Sequence record: ON286972.1
Strand: one strand, 5' to 3'
Length of the DNA: 64,000 bases
Shown here: in pieces, positions 55,319-64,000 of the stretch
How the letters are laid out: the number at the start of each line of letters is the position of its first letter
Numbering within the stretch: position 1 is the stretch's first letter
Notes under the pieces: generated by a model
Told to the model about the DNA's origin: nothing
The model's input: the letters and a program-made list of their open reading frames with translations, nothing else
The model's database searches: none
Program-made: the position numbers and the translations under genes

Positions 55319-55769
55319 AGACGATTACGAATTACTGAAAAAGTTAATCCAGTACTGCCTCAATGAACTGGATAATGGTAAAGCTCGAAAATCAGGTTCA
55401 TGGTTTGATGTAAGCTATCCATCAGACGGCGATGATATGATGACATTATGGTCAAATGAAAGATACATTGATTATAGTGTAATGGATAATACTACTATAG
55501 ATTATGTCAATGACAATGTATGGTATTTCAATACACAGTTAATCATTGATATTAAAAGTATAGATTTAAGTACTGAGATTGATGAAGCAACCATATTTCA
55601 ATTAAGTACTTTGTATTCTGATGAAGTGATATATCCGTTATTACTTCTCCTACAGTTGAGAGCCATTGCAGCGGAACGTGGTTTCACATCCATATCATTT
55701 GCTCATGACATTGATGTACGAAGAGCAGAAATTACAAAATTAGTTGAGGGATATGATGGAACACTTTAG
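55311..55769 (+). CDS. FQxS family C protein
   Basis: EATIFQLSTLY. Confidence 0.8.
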   Translation: MNKDDYELLKKLIQYCLNELDNGKARKSGSWFDVSYPSDGDDMMTLWSNERYIDYSVMDNTTIDYVNDNVWYFNTQLIIDIKSIDLSTEIDEATIFQLSTLYSDEVIYPLLLLLQLRAIAAERGFTSISFAHDIDVRRAEITKLVEGYDGTL

Positions 55770-56247
55770 TACTAAAGACTTTGTGGAATTGCATAAAATT
55801 CTTGAAGAAAAATATATCAATGAACAATATGGTCGATTCGAACTGGCTCCAGATATTATTCTTAAAATACAAAAAGATGGTATGATCAGAGTTGTATTTG
55901 AGCAGAAAAGAGGTTTAGACCATGACATTTTCATGCTCTTTGATAGCAATAGTCCTATCTATGATGCACCAAGTTTCGATACAAGCACCATTGGTTCACA
56001 ATCCGCAGTCTTTCATCCAGGAACTACTGTTGTAAAAATCGATGGTGTAGATTGCAACATGCGACCTGTATCATTGGGTGAAATTGATGAAGTTGAATTT
56101 CAGAACAGTACTGTGAATAATTATAGTGCAATGTTCACCTACATGTGCTATCTTAACAGTACTTGTTGCAAATTTCTTATGTACACATCGTATGTAAATG
56201 AAGATGAAGTACTACACTATGTATTGAAAAAACTAAGAGAATTATGA
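55753..56247 (+). CDS. FQxS family C protein
   Basis: DEVEFQNSTV; start adjusted. Confidence 0.8.
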   Translation: MMEHFSTKDFVELHKILEEKYINEQYGRFELAPDIILKIQKDGMIRVVFEQKRGLDHDIFMLFDSNSPIYDAPSFDTSTIGSQSAVFHPGTTVVKIDGVDCNMRPVSLGEIDEVEFQNSTVNNYSAMFTYMCYLNSTCCKFLMYTSYVNEDEVLHYVLKKLREL

Positions 56248-56248
56248 T

Positions 56249-56851
56249 ATGATCATTGACATGCCTATTCTTAATAAAATGCTTAACCCTGTCATTACGT
56301 TAGCTAAAAGTATTTCTAATAATGAAAAGTTGCATCTCCCATACTCTATGTTAACGTATGCAACTGATTTTTACAGGATTGAAATCTCGGCATGTGAACA
56401 ACGAATTACACTAGCATTCAAACGCCTTGGTGCTGGACTTGCAAATGATTTTGATATTTCACTGATACTTCATGGTGAATTAGAAGATAGTAAAATTCTG
56501 TCCTATGAAAGAATTCTTCGCAGTACAAATGAAATAAAATTATTCAAAACATTTTCACATTATAATGGTTCTGATGTTTCATATTATTTTGATAAGGATT
56601 CATTTAAGAATATCAAAAGTGTTGAAGTGAAAGATTTCAGCGAAGAATGGTATTTTCAAAATACATTAATTCATTCTTTACCTTCATATGAAGAAATGAA
56701 GATGAACATTGATCTTTATGAAAAATTAAAATCAGAACTGAAATGTAATTTTCTATTATCAATGAACTACAAAAAGATCAGTACTGATGTGGTATTAGAA
56801 GATGAACTAATGAAACGAATTTGGTCTGCTATACCAGTTATTAAGGAATAA
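56249..56851 (+). CDS. FQxS family C protein
   Basis: EEWYFQNTLIH. Confidence 0.8.
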   Translation: MIIDMPILNKMLNPVITLAKSISNNEKLHLPYSMLTYATDFYRIEISACEQRITLAFKRLGAGLANDFDISLILHGELEDSKILSYERILRSTNEIKLFKTFSHYNGSDVSYYFDKDSFKNIKSVEVKDFSEEWYFQNTLIHSLPSYEEMKMNIDLYEKLKSELKCNFLLSMNYKKISTDVVLEDELMKRIWSAIPVIKE

Positions 56852-56853
56852 TA

Positions 56854-57393
56854 ATGCACATTGCAACATTATCAAATACTAAAGAATTTGAGCTATGGCC
56901 TGAGAAAGTTAACAGCTTACGTCAGCGTTATGTTAATTTCTGCCGTGGCATCAGGAAAGCCAGTAGAATGTCACATTCACTAAGCATGTCAATTGATGGT
57001 TGTGTTATGAATGCAGATAAGAACCGTTTGTACGTTGAATCATACAGTTCGCAAGCTCTGTACATTATGCTTCATGCTGGTACACAAATCCCACAGAATT
57101 CGATTGGTTGTTATTCAATTACATGGTCTGGACGAAAGTCTACTAAATTATATCCGTGCAAAAGAAACGACCAATCGTTCAGTGTTGATATTAATTACTG
57201 TGAGTACACTGAAGAAGAACACTTTCAGCACAGTACTCTTCATGATATCATTGAGTACAATGAATGCATCAATGTACTGGATAAATGTTATGATTTAGAA
57301 CATAATACTGGTATCGTTGTAGTTAATAATTGCTTTTTTGATAGTGATGTACTTGATACATTAGATTATTTTTTAGAGGGTTACAATGACTAA
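56854..57393 (+). CDS. FQxS family C protein
   Basis: EEEHFQHSTLH. Confidence 0.8.
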   Translation: MHIATLSNTKEFELWPEKVNSLRQRYVNFCRGIRKASRMSHSLSMSIDGCVMNADKNRLYVESYSSQALYIMLHAGTQIPQNSIGCYSITWSGRKSTKLYPCKRNDQSFSVDINYCEYTEEEHFQHSTLHDIIEYNECINVLDKCYDLEHNTGIVVVNNCFFDSDVLDTLDYFLEGYND

Positions 57394-58003
57394 CATTAGA
57401 ACAGAGTATGTTAAGTACGAGAAAGCACTACGTGATTTACTAAACATTGCACCGGATTTAATTAGAGCTAAACAAACACTATTTGACAAGTACGGTCCGA
57501 AAAGTGAACTCAAGCTATCAAAAAAGGGAAAACCCACACAATATACAACGCTGTATAATAGATATAGCGTTGGGATTTGTAATATCTATACAGATGAATT
57601 AGTACTGGAATTAACCCAAGACGATGATGAAGAAGCACATGATTTATTTCCTGAATTTGAAGAGTGCATGTTTAGTCCAGGTAATCCAGTGTTTTTAACC
57701 TTAAATGATGGAAGAAAAACGCTAAAAGAATCGTTCATCACATATGATGCCAAAACTAAAACACTAATGGATATTGAATCTGGGTATAAGACTGATCTGA
57801 AATCACTTGAAGATTGTAAGGGTGCATTGTTTCAGATGGGTGTAATCACAGAGGTTACCACTACACCAGAAGAATTATGGCTTATGGTTTCAGTACTGAA
57901 TGATTGGTACAAAGTGAAGAGTCTACGAAATATGTTCATTTATATCAAGCCTGATTGCATCAAGAAAGAAACACTAATTAACAATATGGTAATACCTGAA
58001 TGA
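57386..58003 (+). CDS. FQxS family C protein
   Basis: GALFQMGVI. Confidence 0.8.
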   Translation: MTNIRTEYVKYEKALRDLLNIAPDLIRAKQTLFDKYGPKSELKLSKKGKPTQYTTLYNRYSVGICNIYTDELVLELTQDDDEEAHDLFPEFEECMFSPGNPVFLTLNDGRKTLKESFITYDAKTKTLMDIESGYKTDLKSLEDCKGALFQMGVITEVTTTPEELWLMVSVLNDWYKVKSLRNMFIYIKPDCIKKETLINNMVIPE

Positions 58004-58599
58004 AAAAAGATCCCAATGAAGACTTAATCAATTCTTTAAGTACTATCAAAGATTTGTGGTTACGATATCGTGGATTGTATAGTGTTAAAGATACAGAAAA
58101 TAACATACTCCAAAGTCTTAAAATCACGATTCGAATGCAATTCAAAAATGGAATGGCAGTTGATGTTGAGATGAACAAAACTGGAGTTTATGTATATGAT
58201 GGTTCTCGAACTGCAATCTTTATGGCAGAATTCATAGATGAAGACTGTAATCTATATTGTTCATACGACATTGAAAGTGGTGATATCGAAATGTTCGCTA
58301 ATGAACCTATCCTGCTCCGTTTCACTAAATCATGGAATGAAGATTACATTATATATCAAAATGGAGGCTTCTTAAATTCCGATGAGGAACCCATCGATAA
58401 CATAGAAGAAATGGCATTCCAGAGCAGTACTGTTAACGATGATGCATTATCTTATCAAGAAATCCTTGACACAGTGAATGGTTATGATAAAATACAGGCT
58501 GCAATGAAAGAGAACGGTATCTGTTATCTTACAGTACTGGACAAACTCTTCTACGATGAACTGTGTTCGTACCTGAACTGTATTCTCACTGAGGATTGA
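58000..58599 (+). CDS. FQxS family C protein
   Basis: EEMAFQSSTV. Confidence 0.8.
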   Translation: MKKDPNEDLINSLSTIKDLWLRYRGLYSVKDTENNILQSLKITIRMQFKNGMAVDVEMNKTGVYVYDGSRTAIFMAEFIDEDCNLYCSYDIESGDIEMFANEPILLRFTKSWNEDYIIYQNGGFLNSDEEPIDNIEEMAFQSSTVNDDALSYQEILDTVNGYDKIQAAMKENGICYLTVLDKLFYDELCSYLNCILTED

Positions 58600-59015
58600 T
58601 GATGATTCTATACCATGCAAGTACTGTTAAAATTGACAACTTCTACATTCCTTATGGTGGTTTACATATGGGAGGGAAGCATAGTGCTCTTGAGGCTGCG
58701 TTACGCAAGCTGAGAAGCCCACTGAACGTTGTTGATGCTGACATGGTGTACTTGCATACCTTAGAAGTTGACGTTGATAACGTGCTTCTGTGTGAGGATA
58801 TGGGTAGTGATGACGAATGGCGTTCACTTATTGAGTATTGTGATACTGAAGGTTACGATGCAGTTCAGTACAAGAATGAATACGAGCCGGACAATGTTCC
58901 TAGTTATATGATTTGGGATACATCTAAAGTTCGTATTGTTGAAGTTGATACTATGCATATGGATGAAGCTGAAATGATTATCGAAGATTTTCTTGATGAA
59001 TATGAAGGTGTATAA
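58596..59015 (+). CDS. ADP-ribosyltransferase-like protein (tentative, ART-PolyVal-type)
   Basis: LYHAS strand 1, GLHMG, GYDAVQYKNEYE...SYMIWDTSKV. Confidence 0.5.
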   Translation: MMMILYHASTVKIDNFYIPYGGLHMGGKHSALEAALRKLRSPLNVVDADMVYLHTLEVDVDNVLLCEDMGSDDEWRSLIEYCDTEGYDAVQYKNEYEPDNVPSYMIWDTSKVRIVEVDTMHMDEAEMIIEDFLDEYEGV

Positions 59016-59539
59016 TGACTGATCCAATGACAGTACTGGTACGTACTAAGTTACTATTGAAGATTGGTGAGATTTTCACAGATCTTATGCACAATCAAAT
59101 TGATATTACAGAACTAGATATTAAGCAACCGTGGGAAATTACAAGGTTCTCGGCGTTCCACCGATTGTCATATAAAGGTGAAACTGTTCTTGATTTTAAT
59201 CACAAAGCACAATTCCTGGATTATGCCGCGTTGTACCGAAATAATTATTCAGGTTGTATAACCAATAACTTCAAAGAAATAAAAGTACAGATTGAATCAA
59301 TTGAATTTAACGAATTACTATATCCAGAATTTAAGTTAACTGAAGAATCTATGTTTCAGTACTCACTAATTCTAAAAGATCTAGAAACTCTAGAGTACTA
59401 CAGAGAGTTAGTAGATATTTTTATGAATGTTCGTCTTTCAAAAGATATTGTGATATTCTGGTATACAGAGCGTATTACAGAGGAAGTACTTGAAGAATTT
59501 CTCGTAAATATGACAGCTATTAAGGAGAATTTATGTTAG
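59015..59539 (+). CDS. FQxS family C protein
   Basis: EESMFQYSLI. Confidence 0.8.
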   Translation: MTDPMTVLVRTKLLLKIGEIFTDLMHNQIDITELDIKQPWEITRFSAFHRLSYKGETVLDFNHKAQFLDYAALYRNNYSGCITNNFKEIKVQIESIEFNELLYPEFKLTEESMFQYSLILKDLETLEYYRELVDIFMNVRLSKDIVIFWYTERITEEVLEEFLVNMTAIKENLC

Positions 59540-59997
59540 ACATTTTAGGAAACATTGATACGGTAAACTTTTTTATTCAAGACGCTATTATCAATATCAC
59601 ATCAAAGCCAATCCAAGTTAGAAGTAACTTTTATAGTGGTGATGGTTATATGGTTGATATTGTTGAAGTTAAGAAAAATGTTTTCCAAATCAATATTCTC
59701 ACCCAAACGAGAACACAGATTTCTCGTATCATCATTAATAAAGATGAAGCCGTCATTCGTTATAATTCAAAATTTATGATGTTCTTTAAAAAGAAAACTG
59801 GTATGTTCAGTACTAATCTCTTTGATGAATCATTTTATTCAACCGATGTGGAATCTACCTTCTTCACACAAAGTACATTTATCAAATTTGATAGTATTGA
59901 GTTCGATTCAAATATCATGTCAGAAACATTACAATGCCTAAAGGTATTACATAATGAATTTACCAACTTTATCGATAGCCGAAACAAGATTAACTAA
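59533..59997 (+). CDS. hypothetical protein (divergent family C)
   Basis: ESTFFTQST; SD AAGGAG. Confidence 0.75.
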   Translation: MLDILGNIDTVNFFIQDAIINITSKPIQVRSNFYSGDGYMVDIVEVKKNVFQINILTQTRTQISRIIINKDEAVIRYNSKFMMFFKKKTGMFSTNLFDESFYSTDVESTFFTQSTFIKFDSIEFDSNIMSETLQCLKVLHNEFTNFIDSRNKIN

Positions 59998-60412
59998 TAT
60001 AAATGAATTAGTTAATGCTATCTTATCATGCAAATTAAAAATTGATACCAAATGTAAGTACAATGGTATTAATTTATACAAATTAAAATATTCACGAATA
60101 CATAATTCAGTAAAATACATTTACGGTACTAGTCAAATCATCTTTGAAACGGTTACAGTGAACAGTAAATTACTTATTGATGTTTATATCAGTAATAAGA
60201 TTAAAAATTCACAAAAAGTGTTGACAGTTTCTTCTGATAATGTTACTATGTTTGATACCAACAATAAGAAGTTAGATATTGATTTAGATGTTATTCTTGA
60301 TGGTGACTTATTCCAGTACGAGTGTATTGGTCTAAATAATCCATTTGATAAATCAGTACTAGTCAATTTAATCAAACATATTAAGGGTATTTTAGATGAA
60401 ACTAACAACTGA
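59954..60412 (+). CDS. FQxS family C protein
   Basis: GDLFQYE; start uncertain. Confidence 0.7.
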   Translation: MNLPTLSIAETRLTNINELVNAILSCKLKIDTKCKYNGINLYKLKYSRIHNSVKYIYGTSQIIFETVTVNSKLLIDVYISNKIKNSQKVLTVSSDNVTMFDTNNKKLDIDLDVILDGDLFQYECIGLNNPFDKSVLVNLIKHIKGILDETNN

Positions 60413-60896
60413 TATGAAACTTTGCATTTCTTTGATTATGCGTTCATTCGATGACAAAAGGACAAGTAAAGTTACTATCACCAATGACCATTTACAATGC
60501 AGTACACTCAATAGTACTGTAGTTTTCGGATTACATAGCCTCCGTTTGACGATAGTAAATAATATTGACAATACGGCGATGTGTATTACCCCCTGCCACG
60601 TTCAGGATGAACATGGTGTTTATCTTCACCACATGGGGACTTCGTATTTCATTTTCAATGAAGAAAAGGGAGTACAAAAAGACTTTAACACGTTGTGCGT
60701 AGACGGCGGTGAATTGTTCCAGATGGGAACTTTATATCAGTGTGATTTTACTGATACATCTGAAGTACTTCCATTATTTCTTGATCTCATTAAGAATTTA
60801 GGTTCATTTACTGGTCGCTATAACAAATCATTAAAGGCACAGGCAATTCAAAATATCTCGGAAGCAATAGAATATTACGAAAACGCTGTGTCGTAA
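60396..60896 (+). CDS. FQxS family C protein
   Basis: GELFQMGTLY. Confidence 0.8.
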   Translation: MKLTTDMKLCISLIMRSFDDKRTSKVTITNDHLQCSTLNSTVVFGLHSLRLTIVNNIDNTAMCITPCHVQDEHGVYLHHMGTSYFIFNEEKGVQKDFNTLCVDGGELFQMGTLYQCDFTDTSEVLPLFLDLIKNLGSFTGRYNKSLKAQAIQNISEAIEYYENAVS

Positions 60897-60936
60897 CACC
60901 AGCACATGGATGTGCGATGACGATCAAGGATAGATC

Positions 60937-61410
60937 ATGGAGATTAAAACTGTTGAAAACGGAAAGATTGATGACATTTTAGAGTTGGACGCTTTCAAAG
61001 TGCATGATATAATGTTTAACGTAAGAGACATTATCCAATGCCTTTTCTTGTGCAGCAAGTCAATGTATGAACATTTCCATTGCCCACGTACTAATATTTT
61101 TATACTAACTATCAGTACTGAAAACTCATTTATCATGGGTATTCCAATGAATACAAATGAAGAATATATTGATTGTGTTGTTCGTAATGATCCTTCTATC
61201 ACACCACAGAGTGAAGTGCATAAGAAGAAAAATACATATACTATTAAAGACGATAAAATTATGTTGTGCGTGACCAAGGGTTTTCTACTTGACAACTTCA
61301 TAATCAAAGATAGTTATCATGACTTTAAAGTATCTGAGAAGCAAGTCAATGTAGTTCTATATGCAAGTGATATCGAGAGCCTTACAGTGAAAGATCCAGA
61401 CCTGGAGTAA
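60937..61410 (+). CDS. hypothetical protein
   Basis: SD AAGGA. Confidence 0.8.
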   Translation: MEIKTVENGKIDDILELDAFKVHDIMFNVRDIIQCLFLCSKSMYEHFHCPRTNIFILTISTENSFIMGIPMNTNEEYIDCVVRNDPSITPQSEVHKKKNTYTIKDDKIMLCVTKGFLLDNFIIKDSYHDFKVSEKQVNVVLYASDIESLTVKDPDLE

Positions 61411-61412
61411 TT

Positions 61413-61550
61413 ATGGCTAAGAAATCTAAAGTAAACAACTTTGTTGCAAAGCACTGTAATGAGTTTAATAAGGCTCAAGTGCACGTGGACCGCAAGAAAG
61501 CTGCAAAAAATGGAAAAATTAAACACCAGTCGAGATTTTATCTCGACTAA
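61413..61550 (+). CDS. small basic conserved phage protein (45 aa)
   Basis: N.VAKH...FNKA.V..DRKKA.K.G..KH motif common in large myophages; AGTCGAGA/TCTCGACT hairpin at end. Confidence 0.75.
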   Translation: MAKKSKVNNFVAKHCNEFNKAQVHVDRKKAAKNGKIKHQSRFYLD

Positions 61551-61567
61551 TTTTTTTGAGGTAAAAT

Positions 61568-62214
61568 ATGGTATTCAATTTTGGAATAAATGATTCTAAT
61601 GGTGATTCTTCAAGAAAACATAAAGATAACAATATCTATAATTCATGGTATAATATGTTAAAACGATGCTATTCACCATCATTTCACAAAATTGAACCAT
61701 CGTATATTGATATAACCGTTTGTGATGATTGGAAACATTATTCTAATTACAAACAATGGTTCAAGGAAAATTACATACAAGGATATGAAATTGACAAAGA
61801 TATAGCACATGGATATTCAAAAATATATTCACCAAGAACTTGTTTTTTTGTTCCCAAATTAATTAACAATTGTATTTTAGAAGGTACGAAAAAATATCAA
61901 AATATCCCATTGGTGTATCGTATAAAAATAAAAGTTCAAGTATGATTAATGAATACAAAAAACCATATTCTTCACATATTACACGTTATGGTAAACTAAA
62001 AAATAATGGCTATTATCATACACCTGAAGAAGCACATAAAGTTTGGCAAATGTCAAAAAAAGAATATATAGAAGAACTTATAGATATATACAAAAATGAT
62101 GTTTCTATACAAATCATATCAGGTTTACAAAACATAGTTGATATGTTAGATTATGATATACAAAATAATTTAATCACAAAATCGTTAAAATTTAATATAT
62201 GGTGTTCAAAATGA
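61568..62214 (+). pseudogene. frameshifted HNH-type homing endonuclease with AP2-like C-terminal domain
   Basis: W.NML.RCY...C..W...DKD...IYSP.TC.FVP in frame 1; KYPIGV...G.Y.TPEEAH..W in frame 2; one extra A in the A6 run at 61889-61894 restores the frame. Confidence 0.75.
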
Positions 62215-63050
62215 TGTTCTTAAACTTCAAAGAGTATTCAGTACTTGATCATATCAAGATTCTATCTGAGAATCCTGAAACATTTGGTGCAGTAAAAACA
62301 GCAAATGGAGAATCTTATGATGTTTATAACATTACAGGACATACTGTTTCTGTAAAAAACAATATCCGTCCTTCGACACTAGATATTAATATTCGTAATA
62401 ATGAAACTTATGAAACTTCACTATCATACGAATATGATTCAGATCTTAAGTCTGAAATATTCAACACACCATCAGTCCATTATTACAAGTCAGAAGATAC
62501 AATTCGTTACCGAGATACCACGATTAATGATATAGTTTTTAATCGTAGAATTAATGCCAGTGGTATAGTTTCAGTTCGTAGTACTGATAGATTTGCAAAA
62601 TATACTGTCGAAAATAATGTACGATCATTTGAAACAACTTTCCGTCTAACACAAGGTACAGAAGAAAGCAACATCACACTCCAAGAACGTTTGTCATCAG
62701 ACGGGATTATTATGCGTAGTGTTGCTTTTTTCAGATATAACACCGAAGATGGGCGTCCAGTGATGTGTGATTTGGATATCACTCGTACAGGTGATAAAAC
62801 AATCGCCACTATAACCTCTGGATACCGACATTCGTTTACATTAGAACTGGATGTACCTGATGCATCATTACTTGGTATTTTTGATCCGCTGGCAGCATTT
62901 CAAGCAGAGTTAGTGCTGAACCCTAAGCAGTACGAGATTCTTGATATCTTACGTAAAGGCATAGTTAATAAGTTGAAAACTTACCAACAGTTAGGTGGTA
63001 AGATGAGTATAGTTAATACTATTCTCGAAAATATTGAAAGAGTAAGTTAA
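62199..63050 (+). CDS. hypothetical beta-rich protein
   Basis: 283-aa ORF; DPLAAFQAELV resembles the family C motif. Confidence 0.8.
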   Translation: MVFKMMFLNFKEYSVLDHIKILSENPETFGAVKTANGESYDVYNITGHTVSVKNNIRPSTLDINIRNNETYETSLSYEYDSDLKSEIFNTPSVHYYKSEDTIRYRDTTINDIVFNRRINASGIVSVRSTDRFAKYTVENNVRSFETTFRLTQGTEESNITLQERLSSDGIIMRSVAFFRYNTEDGRPVMCDLDITRTGDKTIATITSGYRHSFTLELDVPDASLLGIFDPLAAFQAELVLNPKQYEILDILRKGIVNKLKTYQQLGGKMSIVNTILENIERVS

Positions 63051-63070
63051 TACATGGAGATAGATTTAGT

Positions 63071-63373
63071 ATGGATACTAAATTTGAAATTAAATTCTTG
63101 ACACAACCATATACTCCTAATACTGGGAAACGTTTTATTCCTGAAGGAGCAGTAGAGGTTGTTCACCCTGATGGTACTAAATTGTATTTGAATCCATGTT
63201 CATATGAGCGTGCTGTTGAAATGCTTATCATGAACTGCAAGCACAATACAAAGACAGAGGACAGTAAGTACATCAGTTATCTATATAGCGAGCACATCCT
63301 CGACTTCCAAGACGAGAATATGTTCATTCTTGCAATTCAAGACTTTGAAAATTGGATTGAAAATATTGTCTAA
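63071..63373 (+). CDS. hypothetical protein
   Basis: SD GGAG. Confidence 0.8.
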   Translation: MDTKFEIKFLTQPYTPNTGKRFIPEGAVEVVHPDGTKLYLNPCSYERAVEMLIMNCKHNTKTEDSKYISYLYSEHILDFQDENMFILAIQDFENWIENIV

Positions 63374-63439
63374 AATCATCTGGACATATGACAATTCAAT
63401 GATATAATGTTCGCATCTTTTTGATAAACGGAGATAAAG

Positions 63440-63826
63440 ATGAATACAAGTTCTATTCTAAAAGCAATTGGTGGTGTACTTCTCATCGAAGTACAAGGTG
63501 AACCAAAACTATGTTGTTTAGAAGATATGAAACAAACTAAATTCTTTGGTACTGGTCAGATTTTCAATGCAATTCGCGTTTTGAATGATAAAACAGTAGG
63601 TGACTACGGTCGTGCATGGCCTAACTATCGCAATGACGAAGGTGAAATCAGTACTGACTGGAAAACAATTGAAGCTGTTCGTCAGAATTGTGATTCAGAT
63701 TGGGATTTCATTGTTGAAGTGTGTAATCAACTTCAAGAAGAAGTACCAGAGATTGTTGAACGTAAAGAAGTACTATCACAGCTAGAGAAGTTCCGTCACG
63801 GAACACTACAATACGAAGTACTGTAA
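63440..63826 (+). CDS. hypothetical protein
   Basis: Promoter TGGACA-16-TATAAT at 63381; SD GGAG. Confidence 0.8.
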   Translation: MNTSSILKAIGGVLLIEVQGEPKLCCLEDMKQTKFFGTGQIFNAIRVLNDKTVGDYGRAWPNYRNDEGEISTDWKTIEAVRQNCDSDWDFIVEVCNQLQEEVPEIVERKEVLSQLEKFRHGTLQYEVL

Positions 63827-63880
63827 TATCTCCGATTATTAAAACAAACTAATTAAACATTATATAAAAAGGAATTTAAA

Positions 63881-64000
63881 ATGGAAGACAACGGAATGAA
63901 ATTTGATATGTTTGAAGGTGTACCAGAGTTTGATTTCAACAAGCTTGAAAATGGCGAAGAAGCAGAACTCGTAAGTGTTACCTTAAAATCGGATACTAAG
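63881..64000 (+). CDS. hypothetical protein, truncated by window end
   Basis: SD AAGGA; MEDNGMKFDMF... Confidence 0.7.
   Translation, partial: MEDNGMKFDMFEGVPEFDFNKLENGEEAELVSVTLKSDTK

Noticed and set aside
30736-60896. Resemblance of ExxYFQxS to the TEV protease site ENLYFQ/S
   Set aside because: The register differs (a residue lies between Q and S), and there is no potyviral-type protease here; treated as coincidence.
123-62809. Minus-strand and alternate-frame ORFs in the track (for example 2129-2503, 11255-11599, 22450-22917, 51894-52352, 62507-62809)
   Set aside because: They are shadows of well-supported + strand genes, without SDs or family motifs.
1-64000. tRNA, rRNA, integrase or transposase genes
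   Set aside because: No cloverleaf, rRNA or recombinase motifs seen by eye; a tRNAscan/ARAGORN run would be needed to exclude tRNAs.

Overview
A 64-kb segment of an AT-rich lytic jumbo phage genome. An enterobacterial host is inferred from the sigma70 promoters, an H-NS-like gene and a Tar/Tsr-class chemoreceptor; the layout resembles RaK2/GAP32/121Q-type jumbo myophages (inference, no search run). All credible genes are on the + strand. Layout: (1) 0.1-4.1 kb, a tandem array of ~60-70 aa paralogs. (2) 4.1-6.1 kb, a non-coding, repeat-rich region, probably a genome end. (3) 6.1-25.2 kb, an early region of ~60 small genes driven by ~50 promoter + stem-loop cassettes, probably the long terminal repeat. 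It includes a protein kinase, an H-NS-like protein, a ParE/RelE-like protein and two families of structured non-coding RNAs. (4) 25.5-64 kb, a GIY-YIG-type endonuclease, ~25 LGTNYQ paralogs, ~50 proteins sharing an acidic-F-Q-x-S motif, a complete methyl-accepting chemotaxis protein, an ART-like protein and a frameshifted HNH endonuclease. The most striking signal: the palindrome AGTACT is heavily over-represented, yet 31333-38554 (7.2 kb, starting at a transcription start) has only one ACT trinucleotide on the coding strand in any frame, versus roughly 100 expected. This suggests an ACU-specific RNase and a transcript block evolved to escape it. All counts are by eye; no databases or folding programs were run.
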